Source: Octopus vulgaris
Taxonomy: Eukaryota
DNA: 64,000 nt
NCBI GenBank assembly: GCA_951406725.2
Contig: OX597817.1
Span: 59,706,001 to 59,770,000 of the forward strand
Reading direction: 5' to 3'
Shown here piece by piece: positions 16,005 to 29,990 of this stretch; the first letter of the stretch is position 1, and each line of letters opens with the position of its first letter. The translations under genes and the position numbers were made by a program. The notes beneath the pieces are model-generated. The model did no database searches and was not told the DNA's origin. It saw only the letters and a list, made by a program, of their open reading frames with translations.

Positions 16005-16880
16005 AGTCCCTTGTCATCTCCTCTATGAGGTTCAGAGTCCTAAGGTTAGCCTTCATCATTTTGTCCACGTCTTCCTGGTTCTCCTTCTTCTGCAAGCTCC
16101 ATCCACCTTAAGTAATTAACACTTTCTTTATACAGCTATCTTCTGCCACACTTATCCCATCTCCAAAAACCAACACAGTCTTTCTTGCACACCACAGCTG
16201 ATTCCTCTTAGGCCCAGTTTTTCTCTCAGCACTCTCATCCTGTGTCAGACGTGCACACTTAGATTGCTCATCCCACAGAGCATGCTTGTTTCATTTCTTC
16301 CTAATCTTCAGTTCTCCACATTCAACACCCATGCTTCACTGTCATGCAGTGCTAGTAGCTCCTTCCTTGAATTTTCTCCATCTTTTCCTTATCTTGGCTG
16401 CTATACTTTCAGAGCAATCACCTCCCCGATAATTACATCTTGATAACCATCCAGGCATTTCCGAGAATTTATTTCTAGTTAGCTCATACTACACACAGTA
16501 CCAATGCACCCATCACATACGAAGCTTACTTTCTCTGTTACTATTTCTGTGATTCCACTGTCACTCTTGTGTGTCCATAGCTTACAATGGGCTCAGTTGT
16601 TTCTGCATATTGAGCAAGGTCAATGTATAGGTGTTCCCATGGTCAACCAGTCTTAAACTCCACAATAAGGAATAAGAGAGGACTGAGAACTGAGCCTTAA
16701 TGAACCCCTGCCTTCATGCTAAAATTGTTGACTTTTTCTGCCTCTTTTGTACATAGGTTTTAGAACCCTTGTAAGCCATTTGGGTTCCTTCGTGACCACC
16801 AAATTACTGATTGTGCTGCCCTGTCAAGTGCCTTCTCCAAGTCAATGAATGCTTGGAATAGGGCTTTACCCTTAGCCAAG
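16005..16880 (-). pseudogene. Degenerate RTE-type LINE reverse transcriptase fragment
   Basis: Minus-strand translation gives AFIDLEKALDR and GVH*GSVLSPL remnants. Confidence 0.7.
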
Positions 16881-16881
16881 G

Positions 16882-17240
16882 GCAGCGGACTCGTGGTCGT
16901 AGGATCGTGGTTTCGATTCCCAGACCGGGCGTTGTGAGTGTTTATTGAGCGAAAACACCTAAAGCTCCACGAGGCTCCGGCAGGGGATGGTGGTGATCCC
17001 TGCTGTACTCTTTCACCACAACTCTCTCTCTCTCTCTTACTTCCTGTTTCTGTTGTACCTGTATTTCAAAGGGCCGGCCTTGTCACTCTCTGTGTCACGC
17101 TGAATATCCCCGAGAACTACGTTAAGGGTACACGTGTCTGTGGAGTGCTCAGCCACTTACACGTTAATTTCACGATCAGGCTGTTCCGTTGATTCGGATC
17201 AACCGGAACCCTCGTCGTCGTAACTGACGGAGTGCTTCCA
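16882..17240 (+). mobile_element. tRNA-derived SINE (second family)
   Basis: B-box-like GGTTTCGATTCCC head; GC-rich body ending ...GACGGAGTGCTTCCA. Confidence 0.65.
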
Positions 17241-17242
17241 TC

Positions 17243-17297
<55 letters not shown>

Positions 17298-17933
17298 TAC
17301 ATATACACGCACACGTTTATATGCTTATGCCAATTTATTACCAGTTGGTAGTCATCTGCACACATCAGTGAACAGTTTGTTTGCTGAAGTTACAAGAGCT
17401 TTAAACTCATTAAATTAATTAGCCTAGGATCCCTTTGGCTGATGAGACACACTGATGTTGACACACCAGGTGTCTCATAATTCCTTGCGTTAATTAATGA
17501 ATAGTCTGTTAGGAACATACATTTGTTGTAATGGACCATTTTTTCTCCTGTGCTGAAGCACAATTTTCACATTGACATTCAAATCTGTTGGAACTTACCA
17601 AGAAGAAATATGCAAGTAATTTCCATCATCCTTTAACATCCCCTTTTCTGTGCTGGCATGGGTTGGACAGTTCAAGAACAGCTGAGCCTCAGGGCTGCAT
17701 CTGTTTTGGTGTGGTTTCTATGGCTGGATGCACTTCCTAATACCAACCTCTGTACAGAGTGTAGTGAGTACTCTTTGCATGGCCCCAATACCAGTGAGGT
17801 CAGCAAGTACCCACAAGACCCCTCAGTTGAGTGGGGTATAGAATGGAGGAGCAGGTGTCTTGCAAGTCATCATATATATATGTGTGTGTGTGTGTTTATG
17901 TATGTATAGTGTTTGAAGTGGTGTACAGGTATT

Positions 17934-18086
17934 GTATATTATGAAAAAGGGGACAGTCAGAATTTTGGATAATTCTTTATTCGCACTTTTGTTCATTTAA
18001 CCAAACTCAAGAAGAATTGAACCAAAACGAAAGCATAAATAAAGAATTGTCCAAAATTTTGACTGCCTCCTTTTTCTTAATACATA
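17934..18086. repeat. Hairpin/MITE-like inverted repeat
   Basis: GAAAAAGGGGACAGTCAGAATTTTGGATAATTCTTTATT pairs with AATAAAGAATTGTCCAAAATTTTGACTGCCTCCTTTTTC. Confidence 0.65.
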
Positions 18087-18129
18087 TGATGATACACACA
18101 CACACACACACACATAAAAGAAGAAAAAG

Positions 18130-18376
18130 AAAATGGAGATTGGGAAGTTAATAATTGTTTATTATTAACAGCAAATTAATCATCAACCCTTACAGCTGTT
18201 TCAATTAATACTCAATAAATATTAAATTTATATGACCTGAGCATATCTTCAGAGGGAATAAAAAAATATACCTTGGATATTTTATAGTATTTACTTTATA
18301 TTAATTGAAACAGCTGTAAAGGATGATGATTAATTTGCTGTTAATAATGAACAATTAACTTCCTAATTTCCATTTT
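18130..18376. repeat. Inverted Penelope-type pLTR remnant with degenerate hammerhead (minus strand 18187-18256)
   Basis: 18130-18210 is the reverse complement of 18299-18376; CCCT-CTGAAGA...GAA-ACAGCTGT-A-AGGG. Confidence 0.6.
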
Positions 18377-19690
18377 CTTTTATATGACTATAAAATATGT
18401 TTACCTATTATTTAAAGGAAATTAATTCCCCAAAATACTAGGTATTGAACCAGTATTTCCTTGGATGTAACCATCTCTTCATGAGTTAACACAACTTCTA
18501 ATCGAATTTAATCATCATCATCATCATTTAGCGTCCGTTTTCCGTGCTAGCACGGGTTGGACGGTTCGACCGGGGTCTGGGAAGCCAGGGGCTGCACCAG
18601 GCTCCAGTCTGATCTGGCAGTGTTTCTACAGCTGGATGCCCTTCCTAACGCCAACCACTCCGCAAGTGTAGTGGGTGCTTTTTACGTGCCACCTGCACAG
18701 GTGCCAGGGGAGTCTGGCATTGGCCACAATCGGTTGGTGCTTTTAATGTGCCACCGGCACGGAAGCCAGCCAAGGCGGCGCTGGCATTGGCCACGTTATA
18801 TATATAAAGCATATGTTGCATTCTGTATAGAATAGATCCCCTTTCACCAGAGATAAGTACGTTGTTGCCTTTCCAAGTCAGATGCAGAGACAATGACTCT
18901 TAACTCCAACAACATGGTTACTATGTTCCACATTCAACTTATTCACCAGTGCTACTTTTTATGGTATTTATACTAAAGCAAGCACTACTGTGTAATGTTA
19001 GTAGCTCCCAGGTAACCAATTTGGATTCTGTATCCTTAAAAAAGCTCACAAGATATGTGGTCCACTCTTGTGCTAGCTTATGAATTGTGGCATTCTGCTC
19101 ATTAACTTTTGTCTTGAATTGAAAAAAAGCATGAACATCTCCCAATCTTCTGTAGTCTCTTGGCTGGGATTTCACGGCAGCTGTGAATAATTTTTTACCC
19201 TTCCCAAATGTTCACAATGCGGAACGACCATCACATCCTATTTAGCCTCTCAATCATTTGTGTTGCCACCAAGATACTCCATGCTCCACTGAACTTCCCA
19301 AACTACTTCACTCCAACCTCACTCAATTTGTTTCAATTTCAAACTTATGACTAAATACTTTTTGCCACTCTGACTTTCTCCTTTATATCCTCTTTGCATT
19401 TCCCTTGTCAAACAGCAAACCTGTTGAAGTTCAAAGTGGACTCAGCAACAGCCACACCTGTTGTAAAGTTTTTTTTCTCTGATTGATATTAAAAGAAAAA
19501 AATCCATAGGTGCAGGGCATGGCTGTAAAGGTTAAAAATGTTTGTTTTGCAACTCTGTGGGTCTTGAGATCCTGAAACATGTATGGCCATGGAGGGGAAA
19601 TATTACCTCGTTTGGAAACAAGTGAAGGTTGGCTACAAGGAGGGCATCCAGCCACAGAAAACTTCCTGTAATAAATTTCATCTGACCCAT

Positions 19691-20127
19691 GCTACAGCAA
19701 AGAATAAAATTACATACGTTCACAATTTTCTCTCTCATGTAAAGTAACCGAACATACGGCATTTCTTTACGCTTTTTACTGTATTAAATATTTCTGACGC
19801 AGACTATTAGTACTTTGTCGCATGGAAAAGTAGAAGTTAAAATGATAGTGATGATGATGGGTTATCTATCATATTCTATGGGAGAATAACGTTTAAAGTT
19901 ATGTTGTAAGAATTGTGCGTCGTTCATTTGTTCCTAGAAGTAGATTAATGAATCGTGTGTAATCCAGTGGTTAACTTTCTAACAGGATGCTTCATGATTT
20001 AAGGGTATTAATAGTCTGCGTCAGAAATTATTAATACAGTAAAAAGCGTAAAGAAATGCCGTATGTTCGGTTACTTTCCATGAGAGAGAAAATTGTGAAC
20101 GTATGTAATTTTATTCTTTGCTGTAGC
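19691..20127. repeat. ~119-bp inverted duplication (19691-19809 / 20009-20127)
   Basis: Near-perfect reverse complement. Confidence 0.9.
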
Positions 20128-20579
20128 TATTTGTTTGTTTTGTAGGAGGAATTGTTATGTGTTTCGTATTTCTTTTATCACCACACTTTCATTTTACATG
20201 GTTACAATTGAGAATTAGAACTAGGTCGAAAGTTCGTGAAAGCAGTTCATTGATAGCTTACCTTATAAACACCCGACTTTTTGTCACTTTATACTTAGTA
20301 CCTGTCTATGAATATGCATCAATGGTGACAATTATCTAACACTCGTTTTTTTTTTCCTTCTCTTTCAGCAAACACGTGACTTATGCTATTTCTCTCTCGT
20401 TTACTCTGAAGAAAAAACACAGGAATCTCTTTTGATCCGGCACAGATAAATATATCGTTGTCATAAAGAGAAGTAAATTACGAAGACTACAGTCGCAGTA
20501 ACACCAGACAATAAAACAAAAGGAAGTGTGTATATAAAGAAGACTAAATGGGCCAAGTATTAGATGCATCGAGGAGGAC

Positions 20580-20588
20580 CCGGAAGTG
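20580..20588 (+). promoter_or_regulatory. ETS/GABP-type motif CCGGAAGTG, candidate promoter element
   Basis: Consensus motif ~270 bp upstream of the ATG in a locally CpG-richer stretch. Confidence 0.4.
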
Positions 20589-20850
20589 ACCTTTGGTCTT
20601 CTTGACCAGTAAATGAATGAATATTATTGTGTATCACCAATAATGTTGTTATTCAATTTCTTACGTTGATTTCGTTGAACTCGTCCACCTTTCACATAAC
20701 AAGGTTTTGCTTTTCCTTATTGAATCACTCTGTCTCCCTCACTTTGTCATTCTTCGATTTTCTCCTACGTCTCGCTTCGGCTCTTTTTCTTTTTGATTGT
20801 ATTGTTCGGTCTACCACAAGTGGATATTTCATTTTACACCAGAGAGGAAA

Positions 20851-20983
20851 ATGTGGCGACATTCGACGATGTCCTGTTATCATCGCAGTCGGAAGAAAAC
20901 CGTCCTTCACTGCTTCTGTGTTCGCTACAGCTGTAGTGACCTATCATTACTTCTTTTGGCTATATTCCTGCTGTTCCAGCCAG
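20851..20983 (+). CDS. KIAA0319L: KIAA0319-like exon 1 (signal peptide)
   Basis: MWRHSTMSCYHRSRKK...LSLLLLAIFLLFQP; donor CAG|GTAAGT; phase 1 matches the next exon. Confidence 0.7.
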
Positions 20984-23074
20984 GTAAGTTTGAGAATCTT
21001 TTTCTTTCATACTCATCATCATCATCAAGTGTTTTAAATCAGAGTTTTATCCCCGTTAACGGGTGTGGCCGGATCTACCTCAATGCTATTAGCAACCGAG
21101 GTAGGCAGGTGCAGCCCACCCCACCCTTTCTCCTTTGCTATCATGAGGCTTTTTGGGAACTGGTTTTTCTATGGGGAACATGCCCTTGCTTACCCCCAAC
21201 CTCAGTTTCTAGACATGAGTGGTCCCAAGACCAAGGCCTCTACCACGATTGGAAATTTAGCTCAAGAAGGCAGGGATGCTACTCTCTGAGACCTCTTTCG
21301 GAGCCTCCCCTCTACCCTTTGATACTATTGTTTTAAACACACCTTCAGTTTTCACTTCATGGAATTCAACGGATGAATTGAGCATAGGAGAAACTCCAGG
21401 AGCCCTTCATCGGTTTTGCAAGCTTTTCTAGACCCATCACAGTGTTGGAGACCCTTCTGCATTGTCAACAAGTACTTTAGGATCACTAGGGTTTCATTCC
21501 TTCGCATGTACACATCACCTGAGTGGGGCTAGTGAGGACTGACTCAGTCATTTTCGCATGTGGAAGAGTTCCACTTGCAGTTACTGTGCCTCATTCCCAT
21601 TTCTTAAATCCTGCCCTTAGAAGGTTTCTCTGAGGTCCCATCCCTCAAATACATTCTTTGAATATGTTCATCAAACATTGCCATATACGCCGACTAAATA
21701 TACAAAACTTGTATTTGAATGTCATCCATTTGAGATGTAATTTAGTTTTCAAATTGTTGATTACTGTGCATGCATACATACATGGTGAAGGGGTTGCCCT
21801 CACAATCACAAGATTGTGGTTTCAATTCCTGGACTGGGTGGTGTGTTGTGTTCTTGAGTAAAACGCTTCATTTCACATTACTCCAGTCCACTCAGCTGCA
21901 CATGGATCCCTGAGGTGGGCTGGCAAAATATTTTCAGGTGAAGAGAGTCATTTCATACGTCACGTACATCACACTTTTTACATCCTCTTCATAAAAATTC
22001 AACATAAATTCCCAGTAAAAAGTTTGTTTATACTTTGCCTGCAAAGTCAAACTTTACTTTGAAAAATGAATCAATACAATTCTTATAAATGTTTGATTTT
22101 TACATCTCAGGTATTTCATAATCTGTTTTTCTGACCGTCACATACATCACACATGAATGGTTCAATATTACAGTTTTGTGGTGAATTTGAGTCCTTTTAT
22201 AAGTATGTGTGTGTGTGTGCGTGCCTGTGTGTTCCCCCACCATTGCTTGACAATCGATGTTGGTGTGTTTACGTCACTGTCACTTAGTGGTTCAGCAAAA
22301 GTGACTGATAGAATAAGTTCTGGGCTTAAAAGAATAAGTCCTGAGGTCGATTAGTTCAACTAAAGGCAGTGCTGTAGCATGGCCACAGTCAAATGACTGA
22401 GACAAATAAAAGAAAACAATAAAAAAAATTAAGATATTAAAATACAAATGAATGGTACAAAATATTTCAGTTGTATTTATAAATGACTTTAGCTGACTTG
22501 AACTTAGGTTTACTAAACGCTCTTTAGAAAGTGTCCCCTGTTATAACCTCTTACTGACCAATGCCTTGTGAGTGGATTTGAAACTGAAAGAAGCCCATCA
22601 TGTGTGGGAGCGTTTGTGTCTCCTTGTCTTGACATCACAGGAGAACTGTAAATGAATGTCATTCATTTCCATTATTCTGCAAAAACATGTCCAGCCGAGG
22701 TGGGGGTCTTACCTTGATGAGAAGTGAGTGAGGGTTGGCGACAGAAAGGGTGGCTGACGATAGAAAAACCTGTCTTAATGAACTTCTTCCAACTCTTACA
22801 AAAACAGGAAAATGGACATCAAAACGGTGATGTGGATTTGTAACTGGTAAAATTGACCCCAATATGTTACTGGTACTTACTGTATTAATCCCAGGATGAT
22901 AATAAAATAAACTTTGATCCCAAAAGATTTTGAACTCAGAATTTTTAGAAGGAGGAAATCAAACTGAACAAAGCATGCAGTTTGGTGCTTTAGTATTTTT
23001 GCTGCTTCTCTGTCTTGATTAGGTTAATTAATTAATTTTTAATTACTATATTGTTGATTTTTTTTTTCTCTTAG

Positions 23075-23370
23075 GAACTTCTTTGGTATCTACCTCCTCA
23101 GAAAGACCTACAGTAGCTGGCTCCACATCCACTATCAGAAGTGTCCTAGCAAATTCCACTGTTACCACAACTACCATTTCCAGCCATCCCAATGCTACTG
23201 ACCAGTCTAGTTCCCTGAATCAGTCCAGGACCGTCAGTATGTCCACAAACTCTAGTCTGTCCAGTATCTCTACAACCACCAGTTCTTCCAATACTTCAAG
23301 TACCCCCAGTCCGGTCAGCATTTCTAGTATGGCTACAAAAAAAGATGTTACCTCTGGAACTAAAATTAAG
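23075..23370 (+). CDS. KIAA0319L: KIAA0319-like exon 2, Ser/Thr-rich mucin-like stalk
   Basis: Pyrimidine tract + TAG| acceptor; GTSLVSTSSERPT...TSGTKIK; AAG|GTAAAA; phase 1 to 0. Confidence 0.8.
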
Positions 23371-23947
23371 GTAAAAACATTTTTCAGCCAAACTTAATTG
23401 GCAATTTAATTTAAAAAATTTTTTGTCTATTTCTAATTTTCCGTCAATGTCTATTTTCTATGGAAATGTAACATCAAATAGTGATGATGATGTTTGATTT
23501 GTGATGTTAAAATGTTGTACTGCACACTTAAAGATCATAAGTTCAAGAGAAAACGTGAAATACAAGAAAGTCTGATATGGTAAACAGTTCTCCTAAATGG
23601 AATTCCAATCAATTGTGGAAGAATTTGAGCCTAGTAACTGCTCAAATAAGGCAAATTCTAAAGCTTCATTATCTTGTTGCAATGTCATTGGACTGCTACC
23701 AAGCTGGAGTACCATCTTGAAGGGTTTCAGTTGAACAATCACCACCAGGACTTATCTTTAAGTCTGATATTCATTCTATCAGTCGTATTTGGCAAATTGT
23801 TGGGTTACAGAGATGTAAACAAACCAACACTGGTTGTCAAGTGATGGTGGGGTGTGGGTGACAAACACACATACACAGCAGGCTTTCACTCAGTTTCCAT
23901 TGATCACAAGACAATGGTTGGTCAAGGGCTGTAGTGATAATGGTGGT

Positions 23948-24203
23948 GGGGCGAGCTGGCAGAAACATTAGCACACCAGACGAAATGCTTAGTGGTATTT
24001 CGTCTGCCGTTACCTTCTGAGTTCAAATTCCGCCAAGGTCTTCTTTGCTTTTCATCCTTTCGGGGTCGATAAATTAAGTACCAATTACGCACTGGGGTCG
24101 ATATAATCAACTTAATCCCTATGTCTGTCCTTGTATGTATAATCAACTTAATCCCTATGTCTGTCCTCTGTGTTTGTCCCCTTGTGGGTAATAAAGAAAT
24201 AGG
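23948..24203 (+). mobile_element. tRNA-derived Meta-like SINE with small internal duplication
   Basis: Same family as 12082. Confidence 0.75.
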
Positions 24204-24812
24204 TATGGGGGTGGGGGCATGCGCTGTGACAGTGCATTGCTGCATTCATTATTTCTTGATGATTCCAGGTAAGCAGGGTCCAACTTTGAAAACCAATCAA
24301 CATGGCCAAATGGTCTGCGCTGATGCTCCCAAATTATACAAGTAACGGGACGCATCTCTGTTTCTGAGTTGAGTCATTGTTTGGATACAAAATCCAAAGA
24401 ATGGTGAGCCATAATCCTGCAAAATGTCCTGGAACCGAAGGAGTTCAGGTGACTTGCAAGAGCCCTGGACAGCGTCCAGGTCTCACAACTATGGAGCAGG
24501 ACAAGAAGGATAAGAGAGTTAAACACCCAAGCCTTTGTCCTCTTGCTTAGATATCGGCAGCACCAAATACACTTGTTGAATTAGTCCACAATTGCACCAG
24601 CTTGTCCAAGTGTTTTTAGGACTTCAGACTCACAGCTAATGCCACTATGAATCTCACTGCCAAGATAAGTGGAGCAGTCAACAAGTTGTTGTTGTTGTTG
24701 TTAGTCTACCAATTGTGTTTTCTTGTGGAACCAACAGCAAAGGGTTTACTCAGTTCTTGACAACAGCTAAGAGTCTTCTCAACCTGTACAAGCATAGAAA
24801 ACTTATATTAGA

Positions 24813-25338
24813 CTAGCAGTATCGCCCAGCGTTGCTCGGGTTTGTAAGGGAAATAACTATATAAGCATTTTTAGAGAGTTATAGCAAAAAAATACATTAA
24901 AAATGGAATAAAAAATGATGGTAATTTTTATTTTAAATCGTAGACTCATGTAGACGCTTTCTTAGCCATTTCTGTTTTGGTGTCTTCAAGCCATGAAGTC
25001 GTTGTTCTAAAAGAACGCTGGTCTCCTTGACAACGCATTACGACGTTGATTTCCTTACACTCCCTTCCCCACAGGTGCAGGTGTGAGCGTGGACGCCAAC
25101 TCCGCCGCCATCGACACATGAAAAATTATGCATTAAAATGGAATAAAAAATGATGTTAAATTATTTTTAAAATCGTAGACTCATCGTAGACGCGCGCTAA
25201 TACTCAGACGGGCTCGATATGAATCACGACTATAAGATACCCGAATTTGGTTAAACTGCACCGCAAAATGTGGGAGTAGTTAGGAATCTAAATCGAAGGG
25301 GACAGACACTCACACAACTACAGTTTTATATATATAGA
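24813..25338 (-). mobile_element. Non-autonomous Helitron
   Basis: Minus strand starts A|TCTATATAT and ends with hairpin CCCGAGCAACGCTGGG...CTAG|T; no TSD. Confidence 0.75.
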
Positions 25339-28189
25339 TGATGGATATGAGCTCTGGTAAATGGATTGGAATTTGTGGTTTAGCTACACCTCCCATCATG
25401 AGAAAATTAATATGACATATAGTGGGTGTATCACATGCAAAGAAATTCTTCCAAACTCTTGGAATATTATTAGATCATTTGTCATCATCATCATCGTTGT
25501 TTAACGTCTGCTTTCCATGCTGGCATGGGTTAGATGGTTTGACTGAGAACTGGTAAGCCGAGAGGCTGCACCAGGCCCCAATCTGATTTGTCAAGGTTTC
25601 TACAGCTGGATGCCCTTCCTAACACCGACCACTCTGTGAACGTGGTGGGTGCTTTTTATGTGCCACTGGCACAGGTGCCAATGGTAACGGCCATACTTGA
25701 ATAGTGCTTTTTATGTGCCAGTCAGGTGGCACTGGCATCATTGTCTAAATAAATTTATTGAAGACACTTTGAAAAAAAAAAACAGAAATGGATGAAAGGG
25801 ATGTGTAGACACTTGCCAGTTATAAAGTTTACAGCTTCTGTTAATCTATGGAATGAAGCTATCCTTATTAAATATTTAAGAACTGCAACCACAAATCCAC
25901 AAATATGAGCAAATTATGAACCCTGAATCTTTTAATGGATTGTTAACATCACATCCTACTCATTTTGCTATGCTAAGCATAAATGTTTGGATTCTGGTCC
26001 ATTCAAAATATTTTCAAGTATTGCTGTGTATTATTCAGGTCACTGCCTGGAATTGAACTTGAAATCTTGGGGTTAGTAGCCTGTGCTCTTAACCATTACA
26101 CCATACTCCATGGGCAGGAGGGTATATCAGCTGAAACATTGTATTAACAACAAACAAGACAAGGACAAATATCCATCAAATGTAAATGATGTATTGCTGT
26201 GTAGTTTAGAAGTTTTGCGTTCTGTCCCTGTGTGTGTGGCAGTTTAGCTAAGTGTCTTTTGCTATGGCCCTGGGCTGACCAATGGCATGTGAAAGAATTT
26301 GGTGGGCAGAAATTGCAGGGTTATCTTGTGCGGGTGTATCAATGTTTATATATTCCACTCTTATCGCCATCAGAGCAAAGTGGTGCTGATATTGACCCAA
26401 TAATTGGTACTTCTGTGCTTTCAAAAACCTCTGGAATGAAGAAGACATCCCTCTCTTACAAAACATGAGTGTTGGTGACAGGAGAAGCATCCAACCCTAA
26501 AATCCTGCCTCACTTAAACTCATGCTAGTCTGTAAAAGTTTGTCATGAACCCTGGGACTCCTAAGACCAAAGCTTCACTCAGTTTCCATGGTGTACAAAT
26601 GACTGAGATTACAGTTCTCTGCCGTGAACAAGATGCCAGTCTGTTGCAAGATAAACTTCAGCTGTTACTGGAACTCATGGATACCTGACTGGACGGGGGG
26701 GGGACATAAAATGAAGTGTTTTTCCCATGGACACGACACACTGCACTCTGACAATTGTGAGTGCAACTTCATCATCATCATTTAATGTCCGTTTTCCATG
26801 CTAGCACAGGTTGGACAGTTCGACCAGGGTCTGGGAAGCCAGGCGGGTGCACCAGGCTCCAGTTTGATCTGACAATGTTTCTACAGCTGGATGCCCTTCC
26901 TAATGCCAACCACTCCGAGAGTGTAGTGGATGCTTTTTACGTGCCAGGGAAGGCTGGCAGTGGCCACGATCGGTTGGTGCTTTTTACATGCCACTGGCAC
27001 AGAAGCCAGTCAAGGCAGCGCTGGCATTGGCCACGTTCGAATGGTGCTTTTTATGTGCCACTGGCACAGGTATCAAAACTCTTACCATTAAACCACACAC
27101 CTTTAATCTGGAGAAAAAAAAGCAGGTATTGGTTGAATTAATGAGTGAATGGAAGCCAAGATATTGAATAAATATCATATCGCTTTGATGTTGTTTTTGT
27201 TTTACTCCAGGTCAACTTAAATCAAACAGTCCTATCCTCAAAAAGATCTTCCAGCTGTTACCATTTTGTCGTATTCAGACATTGTGTATTTAGGACTACG
27301 TTATTTTGTGTCTCATTCATTTTTTTAGACGCTATAAAATGCTTTCAGTGAGATCGTTAACAACTTGAACAACCTAACATAATCTTGCTCATTATGTTTT
27401 GTAATGGCTTTCATGACATTTAATCCAAGTAAGTGCCACAATCTTATGTAATTTGCCTTAGTTTTAGGTTAAGAACAGAACAATTCTAAACCCCAATTTA
27501 ACAAGAAATCTCTTCACTAAAAATATATCTCCATATTTGAAAATATATTTTTATGATGTGTATAGGTGATTCGTTTAGCATAAATAATTGCTAACTCCAG
27601 GTGTTTTACCTTACAGAACAATCTTTAATGCTCATCATCATTATTTATCACTTCACAGTCACAACTGATTCAATCTACCCTAAAGGTGAATAGCCATGTA
27701 GCTCCTGTTGGGACAAGTGAAATCGAAATTGAACCAAATTCGATGACTGGCATCCATGCCAGTGGAGCGCTAACAGCTCCATCCGAGCGGGATCGCTGCC
27801 AGGGCAGCTGTCTGGCTTCTGTGCCTGTAGGCACGTAAAAAGCACCATTTGAACGGGATTGTTACCAGCGTCGCTTTACTGGCACGTGAACAAAACATTC
27901 GGGCGAGGTCATTGCCAGTGCCGTTACACCGACTCCTGTGCAGGTGGCATGTAAAGAAACACCATTTCGAGCGTGGATGTAGCCAGTACTGCCAGACTGG
28001 CCCTCGTGCAGGTGGCACGTAAAAGCACCCACTGCACTCTTGGAGTGATTGGCATTAGGAAGGGCATCCGGTTGTGGAAACTCTGCCAGATCAGATTGGA
28101 GCCTGGCACAGCCATCTGGTTCGTCAGTCCTCAGTCAGATCATCCAACCCATGCTAGCATGGAATGCGGACGTTAAAGGATGATGATGA

Positions 28190-28237
<48 letters not shown>

Positions 28238-29410
28238 TGTACTTGAGGAGACCCTGTGTTTGAGGAGACCTATTGAGTCAAGTACATCAACATCAAAACT
28301 CAAATGGAAATTGTAGTTGTGATACCTGTGCCGGTGGCACATAAAAAGCACTTGGAGTGGTTGGCATTAGGAAGGGCATCCAGCTGTAGAAACACTGCCA
28401 GATCAAATTGGACACTGGTGTTGCCTTCTGGCTTCCCAGACCCCGGTCGAACCGTCCAGCCCGTGCCAGCATAGAAAACGGACGTTAAACGATGATGATG
28501 GTGATATACATACCATCATCATTTAACTTCCATTGTCCCTGGGCTGGACAGTTTGACCAGGATTGACAATAGCTATGTGCTTCCTTGTCTTGTCATTGTA
28601 TGGTAGTTGTAAATGAATGTCACATGCATACAGTAAGGAAACAGGTGAGGGTTGGCAACTGGAAAAGCACCCAGCTGTAGGGAAATCTGCCTCAATAAAC
28701 TCAGTCGGACCCATGCAAGCGTGGAAGAAAGTGAATGTTAAAACGATGATGATTATGACAATGAGATTGATAAGTTTTTATTTGCAATTCAGATCAGAAA
28801 ATATTTCGCTTCACAGATAACACAAGGTCAAAACCCTTAATTTTTAGATCTCTTTGACATATTTCTCAATTGTTTTCTTCTTTTTTTTCACATCTTATAT
28901 TTGACAAATAAAGGGACTCAGGACTGGTTTTAGTATTGAAGGAGCACCAAGCAGTAATAATATACTAATTTTGACATAAATTACCAACTAATTGACTTAA
29001 AGTGATTTGGTGGGGAGATGGGGAGGAACCAGTAAGTTTGGCAGGGACTCAGTTGTATGCCCATTGTGGTGTGAGGGCCTCAGTCATGATGTGCTCTCAT
29101 TGCTGAGTGGATCATCTTGAGCACTGTGTGCTGTTGATCATCTTCAGCATCATTCAGCCTTGTCTGCCTCACCCCTACATCATTCTAGCTCTTAGTTACA
29201 CACACACACACACTAAATATCACATACTCATACATGAGCACACATTCTCCTACTCACATGTGCACGCGCGCTCACGCACACACACACACACACTCACACA
29301 CACATTACTAGAAATTCATGTAGGGGTTGTTTGTTTTGGTTTGGTAAAAATATTTCTCCAAGACGCCCCACCCCCCGTACTCTAATAATAATGTTCTTCT
29401 AATCTTGTAG

Positions 29411-29471
29411 GTTACTACATCTCAGAATGCCACTGATTCCATAGTTACAACAACCAAAGCAGTGCCAATAT
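29411..29471 (+). CDS. KIAA0319L: KIAA0319-like exon 3 (Thr-rich linker)
   Basis: TAG|VTTSQNATDSIVTTTKAVPI|GTAAGT; phase 0 to 1 bridges exon 2 and exon 4. Confidence 0.8.
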
Positions 29472-29587
29472 GTAAGTACTTACCATTCTCTTGAAGTTGT
29501 TGGTCTGTTTGCATTCCACAGTGAAATGATAGGACAAGGTATGTGCATGTGTGTGTGTGTGTGTGTACAATTCGCACTTATACATAT

Positions 29588-29990
29588 ACTCTTTACTCTT
29601 TTACTTGTTTCAGTCATCTGACCGCGGCCATGCTGGAGCACCGCCTTTTAATCGAGCAACTCGACCCCCAGGACTTATTCTTTTTGTAAGCCCAGTACTT
29701 ATTCTATCGGTCTTTTTTGCCGAACCGCTAAGTAACGGGGATATAAACACACCACCATCGGTTGTCAAGCAATGCTAGGGGGACAAACACAGACACACAA
29801 ACACACACACGCATATATATATATATATACAACGGGCTTCTTTCAGTTTCCGTCTACCAAATCCACTCACAAGGCTTTGGTCGGCCCGAGGCTGTAGTAG
29901 AAGACACTTGTCCAAGGTGCCACGCAGTGGGACTGAACCCGGAACCATGTGGTTGGTAAACAAGCTACTTACCACACAGCCACTCCTGCA
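29588..29990 (-). mobile_element. tRNA-derived SINE (CORE-like) with stem-loop 3' tail
   Basis: A-box TGGCTGTGTGG, B-box GGTTCAGTCCC; copies at 38412-38803, 48850-49241, 59280-59671 (+). Confidence 0.8.

Noticed and set aside
29880-29990. tRNA gene
   Set aside because: A/B boxes belong to the SINE head; no complete cloverleaf evident
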